In this document: piece after piece, positions 28,010-38,574 of the stretch
How the letters are laid out: each line of letters opens with the position of its first letter
Numbering within the stretch: position 1 is the first letter of the stretch
Virus record (IMG/VR): IMGVR_UViG_3300037504_000149
Strand: one strand, 5' to 3'
Length of the DNA: 64,000 nucleotides
DNA from: a virus
Lineage: Duplodnaviria; Caudoviricetes
The notes under the pieces: model-generated
Databases searched by the model: none
Told to the model about the DNA's origin: nothing
Seen by the model: the letters and a program-made list of their open reading frames with translations, nothing else
Program-made: the position numbers and the translations under genes

Positions 28010-28636
28010 ATGCTAAACCGCTTTGCCAGATTTTTGATGGTAGTGACATCTATAGCTCCGATACTGGGCTCAATTGGAATCTATCAGCTTGCTCTTGCTC
28101 GTCCCTGGTATTGCTGGGTGCCTTTGCTAGTGGTGGCGGCCCTTTTAGTTATATTATACTGGCTACTACTGAAATACTCAGCTAAGAATATCCAGAAAGA
28201 TACCCTAAAGATCAAGAGGTATAAGCGGTATGACGGATTTTGGATATACTTGCTTGTGTACTCACCACTATTACTAACACCATCGTTACTAGTAGGTAAC
28301 TACATACCCTCTGCAAGATGGTGGATCACTGTGGCATATATTTTTACAATGGTCTTTGTAGCGATTGCTAATACTGCCATGTCCCGCTTTAATCCTGTTA
28401 TGGGACTTCTCGGTTACCACTTATATAAGGTAAGGGATGTACGTGGTGCCCCTTATCTGCTGATAAGCAAGAATCGTCTTATCAGTAGGAAACATCTTAT
28501 TAGGGAGAAAGAAAGATTTCCTTCTTTTAAGACAGTTCTTAACCCTTGGCCAGCAGTAGATATTACAGCCGTAAGGCTTACACAAAATGTCTATCTTTAT
28601 ACAGAAGAGGGAGACATTTTCATTAACAAACCCTAG
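28010..28636 (+). CDS. Membrane protein, KwaA (Kiwa)-like
   Basis: About 4 TM helices, TSIAP, FNPVMGLLGYHLYKV, YLLISK. Confidence 0.5.
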   Translation: MLNRFARFLMVVTSIAPILGSIGIYQLALARPWYCWVPLLVVAALLVILYWLLLKYSAKNIQKDTLKIKRYKRYDGFWIYLLVYSPLLLTPSLLVGNYIPSARWWITVAYIFTMVFVAIANTAMSRFNPVMGLLGYHLYKVRDVRGAPYLLISKNRLISRKHLIREKERFPSFKTVLNPWPAVDITAVRLTQNVYLYTEEGDIFINKP

Positions 28637-28666
28637 TTAGTCGGGATTGAACCATAGGAGAGTGAG

Positions 28667-30154
28667 ATGCCCAAACTAAAACTCCAGACTTACCTTGCCA
28701 AAGCTGTCGTCGAGAAGGACGTAGAGACGGCGTATAAGGCAGAGCTAGCAGATACCCTACCCCACGCTACCCTAACCTCGCCTTACGGCTCTGACGGGCT
28801 TATACAGGACCAGGAGCTACGCATTCTATTTGAGGCAAAGTATGATTTGCAACTTAAGGTGCGGAAAGAAAGCATGGGAGTTGTAGCACAGGCCCTCTTC
28901 TACTTGAAGAAATTCGAGGAGGACGGAGAGGTCTTGCCGCAAGTTATATTGGTAGGGGATAAGAACGAGTGTTTCTTAATCCCTACTGATAAGCTGGTTA
29001 AATATCTGGACACAGATATTGATTGGGATGTTGCGCCAAGCAAGCCGCACCCGGTACTGCTACTAAAACTTATCGAAGACGTAGAAATCTCGCCATATGT
29101 CTATGATATTACAAAAGACCTAGATTTTGAAGAAATCATAGATCATGCCACAAACCTGGCCGAAGGCCACGAGTATAAGGTTAGAGCTTCAGTGGACAAC
29201 ATTGAAACCTTGTTCCAGCGGTGGGAAGAGGAGATTTTCAACGATAAGAAGTTGAAGTCAGGGGATAAGGTGGCTATATTCTTACAGGCGTTATTCTATC
29301 CTGAAGAGGTATATCTACATCCGAAGAAAAAGAACCTGCTGGTCTTAGATAAGACGGGGGAGAGCGTCAAAGTAAAGGCGGATGAATACCGTGCGTTCTT
29401 CTCCCACTTCGCTCAAGGCTATATGCCAACAGAAATTGATAAAATCTACTCTAAGAAAGATATACTGATTGAGGAAACAGAGAGGCGGTTCACAGGGCAG
29501 TTCTATACGCCAGCTTGGATCAACGATCTTTCCCACGAGATGATTAGTGAAGTGGTGGGGGAGAACTGGCGAGATGAGTATTTGGTGATTGACCCCGCTT
29601 GCGGAACCGCAAACTTGACAAGGGATTACCAATTTAGTAATCTGGTCTTGAGTACTCTGGAGTCCAGGGATATTGACATTATCCGAGAGCAACGCTATAA
29701 TGATGGAGCGGTGGTTGCTCAGTGGGATTTTTTGAATGACGAGATCCCGATGGAGATTAAGGCTAAGCTGGAGGGTGCGGAGAGAGTGGTGTGGTATTTG
29801 AATCCGCCCTTCAGTGATAGTGGTTCTGGCGGTCCTAGCAAAGAGAATAAGACCGGTGTGTCGGCTCACAAGGTTAAAGATTGGATGAAGGATGAAAAGC
29901 TAGGTCGAGCTAGCAATCAGCTTTATGCTCAGTTCTTCTACCGCATTACTAAGATCATGGAAGAGTATGGGTTATCTGGTTTTATCTGTAGCTACTCCGT
30001 ACCAGTCTTTATGACGGGCGGTAGCTTTAAGAAGTTTAGAGAATGGTGGGATAAGCGTTGGGAGTTCAGAGACGGCGCATTATTCCAAGCTAAAGAGTTT
30101 TCTACTGGTATTGGAGACTGGGGCGTTAGTATGACTTGTTGGGAGAGGAGATAA
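28667..30154 (+). CDS. Fused restriction-modification enzyme, N-terminal part (PD-(D/E)XK nuclease plus N6-adenine MTase)
   Basis: SDG...LFEAK nuclease-like motif; GQFYTP, IDPACGTAN, NPPF. Confidence 0.8.
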   Translation: MPKLKLQTYLAKAVVEKDVETAYKAELADTLPHATLTSPYGSDGLIQDQELRILFEAKYDLQLKVRKESMGVVAQALFYLKKFEEDGEVLPQVILVGDKNECFLIPTDKLVKYLDTDIDWDVAPSKPHPVLLLKLIEDVEISPYVYDITKDLDFEEIIDHATNLAEGHEYKVRASVDNIETLFQRWEEEIFNDKKLKSGDKVAIFLQALFYPEEVYLHPKKKNLLVLDKTGESVKVKADEYRAFFSHFAQGYMPTEIDKIYSKKDILIEETERRFTGQFYTPAWINDLSHEMISEVVGENWRDEYLVIDPACGTANLTRDYQFSNLVLSTLESRDIDIIREQRYNDGAVVAQWDFLNDEIPMEIKAKLEGAERVVWYLNPPFSDSGSGGPSKENKTGVSAHKVKDWMKDEKLGRASNQLYAQFFYRITKIMEEYGLSGFICSYSVPVFMTGGSFKKFREWWDKRWEFRDGALFQAKEFSTGIGDWGVSMTCWERR

Positions 30155-30155
30155 G

Positions 30156-30980
30156 ATGCTTCCTATAATTATTATAACACTTATTATACCAAATTGGGTA
30201 CTAACTTTAATTTTAGGAGTTATTTCAATAGCGCTGGGCATAAGAGCATTATATCTTACAAAGAAAAGTGATAAGCAGCAAATCCAAGCGCGACATTGGA
30301 ACGATTTTGTAGATGCGGAGTTTGAAATTGTAAAATTTGATACGTACACCCCACAACCAGATACTGTACGTACTATAAACAATGTGAATTATATCAGCCA
30401 AGGTATAGAAATGGTGCAGCATTCTTTTAATGAAACATGGGTAACTTTAGATAAGATTACCCTAGATGAGCGGCTACAATATACACCTTCTAATGTGAGA
30501 GATTATGAATTGGTAGGGATTACAGATATTGAAAATAATACTATTGAACTTAAACTTAGAGGCAAAGGACAAGATAATTATAGGGGATTAACAGTTAGAA
30601 TAGCACAGATGCTATCTTGTATTAAAAACCATAAAGTCTGGGTAACTTTTAAATATTTTGTAACATTAAACGATCGTCTCTATAGGAAGCAAAAAAGAGT
30701 AATGTGGTCTGGGGAGGAGTTTGGAAGTATTAAATTAGATTTAGATAAACTAGGTTTAAAAGTAGAAAGTATAGTATCCAGCAAAGAGGAAAAATTGGTA
30801 GGTAATATAACCATTAACTTCAATAAATTCTGCAAAAGTATACCTATAAATGTTTTTACCGAAAACTATCAAAGACACGCAAAAGCTTTAGAAAGGATAC
30901 AACGAACTAAAAATAATACGAGTCTTCTTGATTCATTAACGAAGAGGAGTATGGAGAGGAGTAAAGATGCCAACGCTTAA
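30156..30980 (+). CDS. AT-rich membrane-anchored hypothetical protein (inserted)
   Basis: N-terminal TM helix; flanked by GGAGAGGAG..AAGATGC direct repeats. Confidence 0.6.
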   Translation: MLPIIIITLIIPNWVLTLILGVISIALGIRALYLTKKSDKQQIQARHWNDFVDAEFEIVKFDTYTPQPDTVRTINNVNYISQGIEMVQHSFNETWVTLDKITLDERLQYTPSNVRDYELVGITDIENNTIELKLRGKGQDNYRGLTVRIAQMLSCIKNHKVWVTFKYFVTLNDRLYRKQKRVMWSGEEFGSIKLDLDKLGLKVESIVSSKEEKLVGNITINFNKFCKSIPINVFTENYQRHAKALERIQRTKNNTSLLDSLTKRSMERSKDANA

Positions 30981-31980
30981 AGTTTACCAGCTTAACAAAG
31001 AAACCTTCAAGCCGGAACACGTCGGTACGCAGAAGTTCTACAATACCGATAAGTGTGAATCTGGTTCGGAGTGGATAAAGACCAAAACAAAATCACAAAA
31101 AGTAGAAGGACCACTACAATCTTCTGGTTTATTGTTTAAGGAAAAAGGCCGTGGTAGTAGTGTAGAAGGTATGTTGGGAGATATGTATAACGATAATAAT
31201 AACGTATATAAAAACGCTCAGTCAGTGGCGTTGTATTCTGCTGGATTTTCAAGCGCAAACAATCAGTTTATCTTCCCCGACAACTTCCTCCGCTGTATCC
31301 TCCTCTTTACCGCTCGTAGACTAATAAAAGATAATTGGATAATACATCAAGCAGAATATTTGGCACCAGTACCTTCCCATCAACTAACCCGGTTCTGTGC
31401 TGATTCTTTAGTTTATGCTCTGTTTGAAATTAAAAACAACATGACCGCAGTTAGGGACGTAGAGCATAAGGGTAAGCTCTACAGAATCAAGAATAATCTA
31501 TTCTGGCGTAAACGAGCATTCATGCGCGATCTCGCCAACAAGCATCAGTTCCATGAGATGTTTAATGATCTCAGGAACGAGGCAGAAGAATCTTATATTC
31601 GACAAGAGGATAGTATAGGTCTTTCCCCGCTATGGTATTCTGAAGGAGCAACTATTCACTGGAAAGTGAATGTAGATGATCCTAAAATAAGTGACACATT
31701 AGAGGACGGAGAAAGCTGCCTTGTCTCGGTTTCCGAGATTGCGCAGAAAGTTCTTGACATGGCCGACAGTCTTCTGGTAGACTCTATGGAGATGCGAAGG
31801 GCATTCCACGTCGCGAATCCTGAATACAATCTTCACGCTTGGGATGCCGGATACTACCAGCTTAAATACCTTTGGCGTGAACTTTACCCAGAGCGATACG
31901 CCGAGTTTAGATCAGCTTACAAAGAACTAGAAGAGCATTTAAGACCCCAAGTATATGAATTGGGGATGTTACTGGACTAA
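30967..31980 (+). CDS. Probable specificity/C-terminal partner of the upstream R-M enzyme
   Basis: Position and composition; WDAGYYQLK...LRPQVYELG tail resembles such enzymes (recollection). Confidence 0.55.
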   Translation: MPTLKVYQLNKETFKPEHVGTQKFYNTDKCESGSEWIKTKTKSQKVEGPLQSSGLLFKEKGRGSSVEGMLGDMYNDNNNVYKNAQSVALYSAGFSSANNQFIFPDNFLRCILLFTARRLIKDNWIIHQAEYLAPVPSHQLTRFCADSLVYALFEIKNNMTAVRDVEHKGKLYRIKNNLFWRKRAFMRDLANKHQFHEMFNDLRNEAEESYIRQEDSIGLSPLWYSEGATIHWKVNVDDPKISDTLEDGESCLVSVSEIAQKVLDMADSLLVDSMEMRRAFHVANPEYNLHAWDAGYYQLKYLWRELYPERYAEFRSAYKELEEHLRPQVYELGMLLD

Positions 31981-32016
31981 TCCAGCATAAACACAACAAC
32001 AAAAGAAAGGGAACCC

Positions 32017-32700
32017 ATGAAGAAGATCTTATATTTAACTATTGTTTTGTCCATGCCCACCCTTGCCATGTCCTTGCTAAGTGGGGTCTCAGAAGGTGTC
32101 GTTTTTGATTCCACGGGCTTCTCCCCGCTGGACCCGGATATCGTCTATGACACCGGCTACGACTATCCGCTTGAGAACGGTATGGCCACCGACCCCGACA
32201 ACAGCTTTGTCTCGGCTGACGACTTCATCATCTCCAGCGGCGACGGTGAGATCGACTACGTCCTGCTATATTGGATAGAGAAATTCCCCGTCACCAGCCT
32301 GGGCATCACCTTCCGCGACGACAAGGATGGGCGGCCTGGCAATATCATCGAGACCATCGGCTCCAGCGGTTGGTCGATGACCTCCACCGGCGACAGCCAG
32401 TGGGGCTACACCATCTACGAAGTCGAGGCTCCGCTGGACTCGACCTTCGCCTTCACCGAAGGTGTCCATTACTGGTGGCACGTCGATATACCGAGCGGTG
32501 CCTTCGTCTACATGTGCGCCCAGACCAACACCTACGACGAAGAGGTCTACTTCAGCGAAGACGGTGGCAGCACCTGGAGTCCCTCTAGCTCCGATACTTA
32601 TTGGGCTCCCTATGACTTCTGCTTCACCCTGGAAGGATGGCTTGATGGCGATGGCTCCAACGTCGAACCCGTCTCGTGGGGCCAGATCAAGAGCCTCTAA
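32017..32700 (+). CDS. Secreted/surface protein with C-terminal SWGQIK motif
   Basis: Signal peptide; SADDF; ends VEPVSWGQIKSL; GC-rich body. Confidence 0.7.
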   Translation: MKKILYLTIVLSMPTLAMSLLSGVSEGVVFDSTGFSPLDPDIVYDTGYDYPLENGMATDPDNSFVSADDFIISSGDGEIDYVLLYWIEKFPVTSLGITFRDDKDGRPGNIIETIGSSGWSMTSTGDSQWGYTIYEVEAPLDSTFAFTEGVHYWWHVDIPSGAFVYMCAQTNTYDEEVYFSEDGGSTWSPSSSDTYWAPYDFCFTLEGWLDGDGSNVEPVSWGQIKSL

Positions 32701-33875
32701 TCTTGGTTATGGGGCCGGAGCCTTCCGGTTTCGGCCCCACCCAACAAAAGGAGAAAAAGATGAAAAAAAGCATTCTCGGCATTATTGCAGAAGCCGAAAG
32801 GGCGCTGCAAGATTATGACAACGGAGACAAGCGCAGCGCGAAAAAGTGCTTGAAGAATATTTGGATCACAGCGGGAGCAGCACATACTTTAGTATTGCCA
32901 TCTTCGGAGGGTAATACTGAGGAATAAAGATACTACATAAAACAAAAAGGAGATAACGATGCCAGAGACTACACCAGAACATAAGAATGAAAAAATATGT
33001 TATACAGTGATAGGAGACACAGAAGTTTCTAAGGGAACATATTGTCCACTTTATGCTATTGCGGCGGCTATGGCAGCAGTGGCTGGAGCACCCGTGGACG
33101 CGTCATTAGAAACCTGTCGAGGCAGTGACTGTGAACTTTGGAACCCCGAAACACACAGATGTGGGTTAAGACAGTGAATATCCGGGGCCGTCTTTTATCC
33201 CAACAACAAAAGGAGATAGAAATGACACGCAATGGCCTACTGGAAAGGATGGAGAAAAGATGAAATATATTATTAAGATCGAGGCCAAATCATTCAAAAG
33301 AGAAAGGGAGAGTTCCCCCGACTTCCACCGCTGGAGACCATGTCAGGCCACCAACCTGACCACCGCAAAGGAAGAAGCGATCCGAGTGCTGGGGCCATCG
33401 GCCCGCAACGACGATCGGCTTGTCATCGCACTTGATCGCGGCAAGGGTAATTATTATGAAGTCGCCACTAAGGTAGGGAACTGTTGGTTTTACCGTCCCC
33501 CATTTCCCTTGGGGCGCAGTCTTGGTCGATAGATTCGCCCCAGCGGGCAAAACAAAAGGATAACTAATGAGAAAAGAACACGCAGATAAAGGGACATCAT
33601 TACTAGAAGAATTCCGGATTGTAATGAGTTTTACACTGATAGGTGCTTTATTATGTAATATTTTTGAGTGGGATCCAGCAGTTACAGGAATCTTTTTCTG
33701 TTTCTCTATCTTCGTTATTGTATTGCTACGAGGCATAGCAAACATAGGAGTAGGAGGGTGTCTGTGGATCTTGGGGTCTTTACTTCCCCTCGCTGGAATA
33801 ATATATTTTTCTACTTTAGTATAGTAACATCTAAGAGAGATAATAACGTAAACCACAACAACAGAAGGAGATAAG

Positions 33876-34091
33876 ATGGCAGAACTTATACCGGCTGTAC
33901 TACCGGCTGTACGTAAGGCTGAAGAAGCTGAAGCTGAGGCTCATTCAGTGTACGAAGATGTACAGGATTATGAGAAAGTTGCAAGGGATTACATGGAAGC
34001 TGCGGCTAATTACGCTGAAGCAGCTAGAATTTACGCTGAGGCTAAGCGTAAATGGGAAGGAGTTGAAGCTATGCGTAATAAGAGGCTGTAG
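33876..34091 (+). CDS. Small helical protein (3-copy family)
   Basis: AEAEAHSVYE...AKRKWE shared with 35768-35980 and the end of 38575-39282. Confidence 0.65.
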   Translation: MAELIPAVLPAVRKAEEAEAEAHSVYEDVQDYEKVARDYMEAAANYAEAARIYAEAKRKWEGVEAMRNKRL

Positions 34092-34603
34092 ATGGACGTA
34101 GAAGAAGATGTACCCGTTAGGGCCGGAGCTTTCCGGCTTCGGCCCTACTACTAAACAACAGAGAGAAGGTAGGGAGCAAAGAATATGGAAGATGCCTCCT
34201 TCAAAAGATAGGGGTAAGCTTAGAAGTAAAACTTACTTAGGAATTGCTAAAGCAATGGCAGAACAGCGGTCCTGTTGTTTATGATATTATATAGGGTACA
34301 CCGCAACCGCCCGCATTAGCGGGCAAAAAGGGAAAATGAAAAACGACGACACCTGCGAGGCCGCCCAACGTCGCGCCCTTGCCGCGCTCCATGATATTAA
34401 CGACACCCTCCTTGAAAACGGCTTTATCCTTGACCTCGACGACCTTGCTATACTTGTGCTTTACGACGATGGTGTCAATTTTGATGTCATCGCTCGCAAA
34501 TTCAAGGCTTTTGCTCTGGAACTCACCTTCCTAGCTAACGCCGCCGGTTCCGCTTACTGATAAAGAAAAACAACGCGGTACTTTTCGTAGTAAGGAGAAC
34601 AAT

Positions 34604-35353
34604 ATGTGTATGACGCGCCAGTTACCAGAACGTCCTGACCCGGATTTATATGAGGAAATCATACGTCAAACAATTGAAAGATTACAAAGAGATGTTGGCA
34701 ATGATCTCCTTAAACACTGGGAGATATTTATAGGCAGCCACAGTATTGACGATATGCGTATTGAATTAAATTATACCAAAGAAATTAAGGAGAAGACGGA
34801 GTTAACTCCTGAAGAATGTGGCAAAGAAGTAGCGGATCGTATAAATCTTTTCAAGAAGCAACTGAAAAAAGGAATTATAGAAGAATGGAGCGTATCCATC
34901 TCTAATGTACACGGCTGTGTGCCTCGCTTCGAAGTGGTAAAACCCCCACCAACAAAAATGGACAAAATACGTGGTGCTATAAAGACATTTAACGATCGTT
35001 ATGCGGGGTCTGATATATTGAAAGCTAATCATCTAAATGATAACGGCCCCATTAAAGCATCTACAAAACCGCGCGGAGAGAGTGAGGCAAAGAAAAAAGA
35101 GGAGACAACCACCAAATTCGATGCTCTCTGCAAAGCCTACAATACCTATTGTGGTGCTGTTGGAAGGCTTGAGGATACAATTGAGGAATTTGAAATGGTA
35201 GTCGATATCCCCAATATGAGGCCTATACTATCTGATCTAGATTGGGCTTTTGGGAAAATAAATGATGCTGACGACCCCCTTGACAACACACTAGACAAAA
35301 TAGCTAATATTATTGAGAACCATAATTCTACAAAAGGAGATAACGATGAATAA
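34604..35353 (+). CDS. Hypothetical protein
   Basis: AAGGAG RBS, 249 aa. Confidence 0.6.
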   Translation: MCMTRQLPERPDPDLYEEIIRQTIERLQRDVGNDLLKHWEIFIGSHSIDDMRIELNYTKEIKEKTELTPEECGKEVADRINLFKKQLKKGIIEEWSVSISNVHGCVPRFEVVKPPPTKMDKIRGAIKTFNDRYAGSDILKANHLNDNGPIKASTKPRGESEAKKKEETTTKFDALCKAYNTYCGAVGRLEDTIEEFEMVVDIPNMRPILSDLDWAFGKINDADDPLDNTLDKIANIIENHNSTKGDNDE

Positions 35354-35795
35354 CATATCTATCGAGTTTGACCATAACATGTATTTAGGTGTGTATACAG
35401 AGGATGATACCTACACACCAGCAATATTGATAACGTTGTGTGATAAAGGTTCTACGTCAGAACCAGTAAAAATGGATATGTATGGGCTACTTAAATTGCG
35501 TACTTTTTTAAGTAAGTTACGTAATATTCAAGCTATGCGGACATTTACATATACCATAGCGGGAGGCACAGTAGCTACCTACAAATATCTTGCTGATAAG
35601 GATATTCGCATAGGTAGCACATTATCAGAAGAACCAGCTATACACATAACCAGTTTTACTGCAGAACGTTTATATAATGCGATCAATATAGTTTATGATT
35701 TTATAGACCGCAATCGTAGTGCGTATAATAACTATACGCGCTCGTTAAAACAACAAAAGGAGATAAGATGCCAGAACTTACACCAGATTTTGTAG
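35346..35795 (+). CDS. Hypothetical protein (paralog of 38575)
   Basis: MNNISIEFDHNMYL identical start. Confidence 0.65.
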   Translation: MNNISIEFDHNMYLGVYTEDDTYTPAILITLCDKGSTSEPVKMDMYGLLKLRTFLSKLRNIQAMRTFTYTIAGGTVATYKYLADKDIRIGSTLSEEPAIHITSFTAERLYNAINIVYDFIDRNRSAYNNYTRSLKQQKEIRCQNLHQIL

Positions 35796-35980
35796 AAAAG
35801 GCTAAAGAAGCTGAAGCTGAAGCCCATTCAGTTTACGAAAAAGTATATGATTATGAGCAGGCTGCAAGTGCTTATTTAGAAGCTGCGGCTGAGTACGCTA
35901 CCGCAGCTCAAATGTATGCTGAAGCTAAGCGTAAGTGGGAAGAAGCTGTAGCTAAGCGTATGGAAGATAAAGTGACTTAG
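35768..35980 (+). CDS. Small helical protein (3-copy family)
   Basis: RBS; paralogy. Confidence 0.65.
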   Translation: MPELTPDFVEKAKEAEAEAHSVYEKVYDYEQAASAYLEAAAEYATAAQMYAEAKRKWEEAVAKRMEDKVT

Positions 35981-36048
35981 AGGATCATTAGGGCCGGAGC
36001 ATTCCGGCTTCGGCCCTACTACTAAACAACACAACAAAAAGGGGCACT

Positions 36049-36582
36049 ATGCGTAACTTTATCACACTATTGATTTGCTTGCTTTGTTTGGGATCCCCCC
36101 TCTTCGGGGCCTGTGATACTCCCTCTTCATACATTGGTAGCACCACAGGAGAAACCGATAATGCCACATCTTTGTTGGGGATTGACTTAGAGAGCGCCCT
36201 GGAAATTGCGTGGAGCGAAGTAAACCAGTATTTTGATAATGCTGATTTACTAGAAGTTTCTGGACAAAACATTGTATATTCCACGGCACGTCCCACTACT
36301 GGCGAGTTCCACTTCTGGTTTGATGCGTGGGGAGATAATACAGAAACTGTTTCCCTTTCAGTTAATTGGGACGGTACAGTACCCGATTGGGCCACCGCCC
36401 CTATGGGGCCATGCCCTTTCGAGGACATAGAAGAGCCCACCAACGCCGAACTAAGTGAGTGGTATACATTTTACTCTAGTTTTGGAGACGATGTGATGAC
36501 TTTTTGTGTGCATCACATGGTAAACAACTACTTTTCTATAACTTTGGGGGATACTCCCTCCGTGGTTGCCACCTTTAATTAG
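36049..36582 (+). CDS. Secreted/lipoprotein-like hypothetical protein
   Basis: Signal peptide ending FGAC; paralog at 21728. Confidence 0.65.
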   Translation: MRNFITLLICLLCLGSPLFGACDTPSSYIGSTTGETDNATSLLGIDLESALEIAWSEVNQYFDNADLLEVSGQNIVYSTARPTTGEFHFWFDAWGDNTETVSLSVNWDGTVPDWATAPMGPCPFEDIEEPTNAELSEWYTFYSSFGDDVMTFCVHHMVNNYFSITLGDTPSVVATFN

Positions 36583-36637
36583 TATATTAGGGGCCGGAGC
36601 TTTCCGGCTTCGGCCCCGCACAACAAAAGGAGTAAAT

Positions 36638-37336
36638 ATGGACAACAAACGCCTACAACATATACCATGCCCCGATTGCGGGGACGTATTAAACTATAAA
36701 AGGTGGGATTCATACTATGATCAGATCGTATGTACCAACCCCAACTGTGACTATAGTATTTTTGTACAAACGTACACCTGCGGTAATGAAATGAAATACA
36801 CACGAGAATACAGAGAACTGATTAATTCACAGCGAAAAGACAAGGAGCCAAAAATAGATGATAATAAGGTGCAAGAGACGAATATAAAAAAGGCTTTAGA
36901 AAAGAAGTTTAATAGCTTAGAGGAGTATTTAGAGAGAAAAAGACATACGCTTATAAAAAAGTATGACATGAAACTGCCTTGCACTATTTGGGGATTGGGA
37001 AAATATAATACCGTAAAAAATGAAAGTGGCAAGTTGTTTGCCGCAACGGATATGAAAGAGTTTAAACTGTCTTTTCTCTCTCCAGAAGAGGAACTTGAAT
37101 TCCCCTTCTATATATTAAACCGAGTTAGTTTTTCAAATACATGGTCAGTAATATCCTTGCCTTTATCGGGGGGAGAAAATCCTAGAACCCTCGAAGCATT
37201 GTCTGATTTCCTTAATAATTTGGAGCATTTCTACGAGGAAAAATTAAAGAATGTTGAAAAAAATAAAATAAAGGAAGAAGAGGAGAAGATTGAAAGGGAG
37301 AAAGTGTTAAATCGGTTTCTATCTACATTGGAGTAG
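36638..37336 (+). CDS. Zinc-ribbon hypothetical protein
   Basis: CPDCG...CTNPNC; follows a hairpin and RBS. Confidence 0.6.
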   Translation: MDNKRLQHIPCPDCGDVLNYKRWDSYYDQIVCTNPNCDYSIFVQTYTCGNEMKYTREYRELINSQRKDKEPKIDDNKVQETNIKKALEKKFNSLEEYLERKRHTLIKKYDMKLPCTIWGLGKYNTVKNESGKLFAATDMKEFKLSFLSPEEELEFPFYILNRVSFSNTWSVISLPLSGGENPRTLEALSDFLNNLEHFYEEKLKNVEKNKIKEEEEKIEREKVLNRFLSTLE

Positions 37337-37349
37337 AAAGGACAAGAAG

Positions 37350-37820
37350 ATGGCAAAGTACAGAAAACTATCGATTATTGTAGACGCTGTTCAGTGGTCG
37401 GGACAAAAACTGGAGGGAGTTAGTCCCTTCATCGATGAGACCAATCCCCCATCTGATCATACTGCGATTTGTGCTCAGTGTAATAATGATTGGAAAGATC
37501 ACGGGAAAATAGATACATTAGAAGGAATTATGATTGTATGCCCGGGGGACTGGGTAATAACAGGCATTAAAGGAGAACTATATGCTTGTAAGCCAGATGT
37601 TTTCGAAAAAACATATGAAAAAGTAAATACACATGATTACCTAGAGGATATCAAGATCGGTAATTTAGGTATGTATTATGGAGGAGAGATAGTAACTATT
37701 AGTAACCTAGACAATAAAGCCCCGCCAGGTTATCAGAAATATACAATCATCGAATCCCCAGAACAAGCACGTAAATTAGCTCAGTGGCTTACTGAGTGGG
37801 CTGACATTGTAGAGAAATGA
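37350..37820 (+). CDS. PGDYG-like phage protein
   Basis: KYRK...AVQW...TLEG...PGDWVITG..GELYACKPDVFEKTYE. Confidence 0.75.
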   Translation: MAKYRKLSIIVDAVQWSGQKLEGVSPFIDETNPPSDHTAICAQCNNDWKDHGKIDTLEGIMIVCPGDWVITGIKGELYACKPDVFEKTYEKVNTHDYLEDIKIGNLGMYYGGEIVTISNLDNKAPPGYQKYTIIESPEQARKLAQWLTEWADIVEK

Positions 37821-38574
37821 CTTGACCAGAACCATGTAGCAACCCGACAAAAGGAGAAAGAATGTTTGAAGATACGTTTGAAAACATAGGACAATACCTA
37901 AAAAACAAGCGGAAAGTATTGATAGAAGAGTATGGTATGCCTATGACGTATCGTATTGAGAAGTATGTTAAGTATACTAAAATTGTAAACTTCTTAGGAT
38001 TAAAACTAGGAATACCAGAAGGACATACCTTTTATATTAACTTTGGAACGTTTGAGGGGAAGCGTATAATAGAGCTAAGTTATAGAGAGGAGATGTGTTG
38101 TCCTAAACTTATTGCTGATGATAATGGTATGTGCGAAGAGGTAGACCTCCGCGTGTTCCCTGGTGCAGTTAAATTCCTTAAGAATTTAGAAAAAATATAC
38201 TTAGAACAGGAAAGGCAAAAAAAAGAAGAAAAGCAACGCAAAAGAGAAGATAGAAAGAGGAAAGAAGAGCTTCTTTTATCCAAACTAAGGGAGGATAATG
38301 AAAAAGGAGTCAGAGATGACGCGCAATGAATTGAAGAAAAACCTAGCAGATGCCATTACAAAAGCAGCTCGGGAACTTTCGGGATACCCTAATGGCAACG
38401 CGGGGGAACAACGAAAGAATTATGAGACCCTCGTGGACTCATATAAAAAACTCTTCGATGAGGAGCTTCCTCAGGTGCTGGACAGGTTTTAGAACAATGA
38501 CAGCGTCTATGTTGAAGTAAGATACCAGGGCCGGAGCTTTCCGGCTTCGGCCCTACCAACAAAAGGAGATAACG

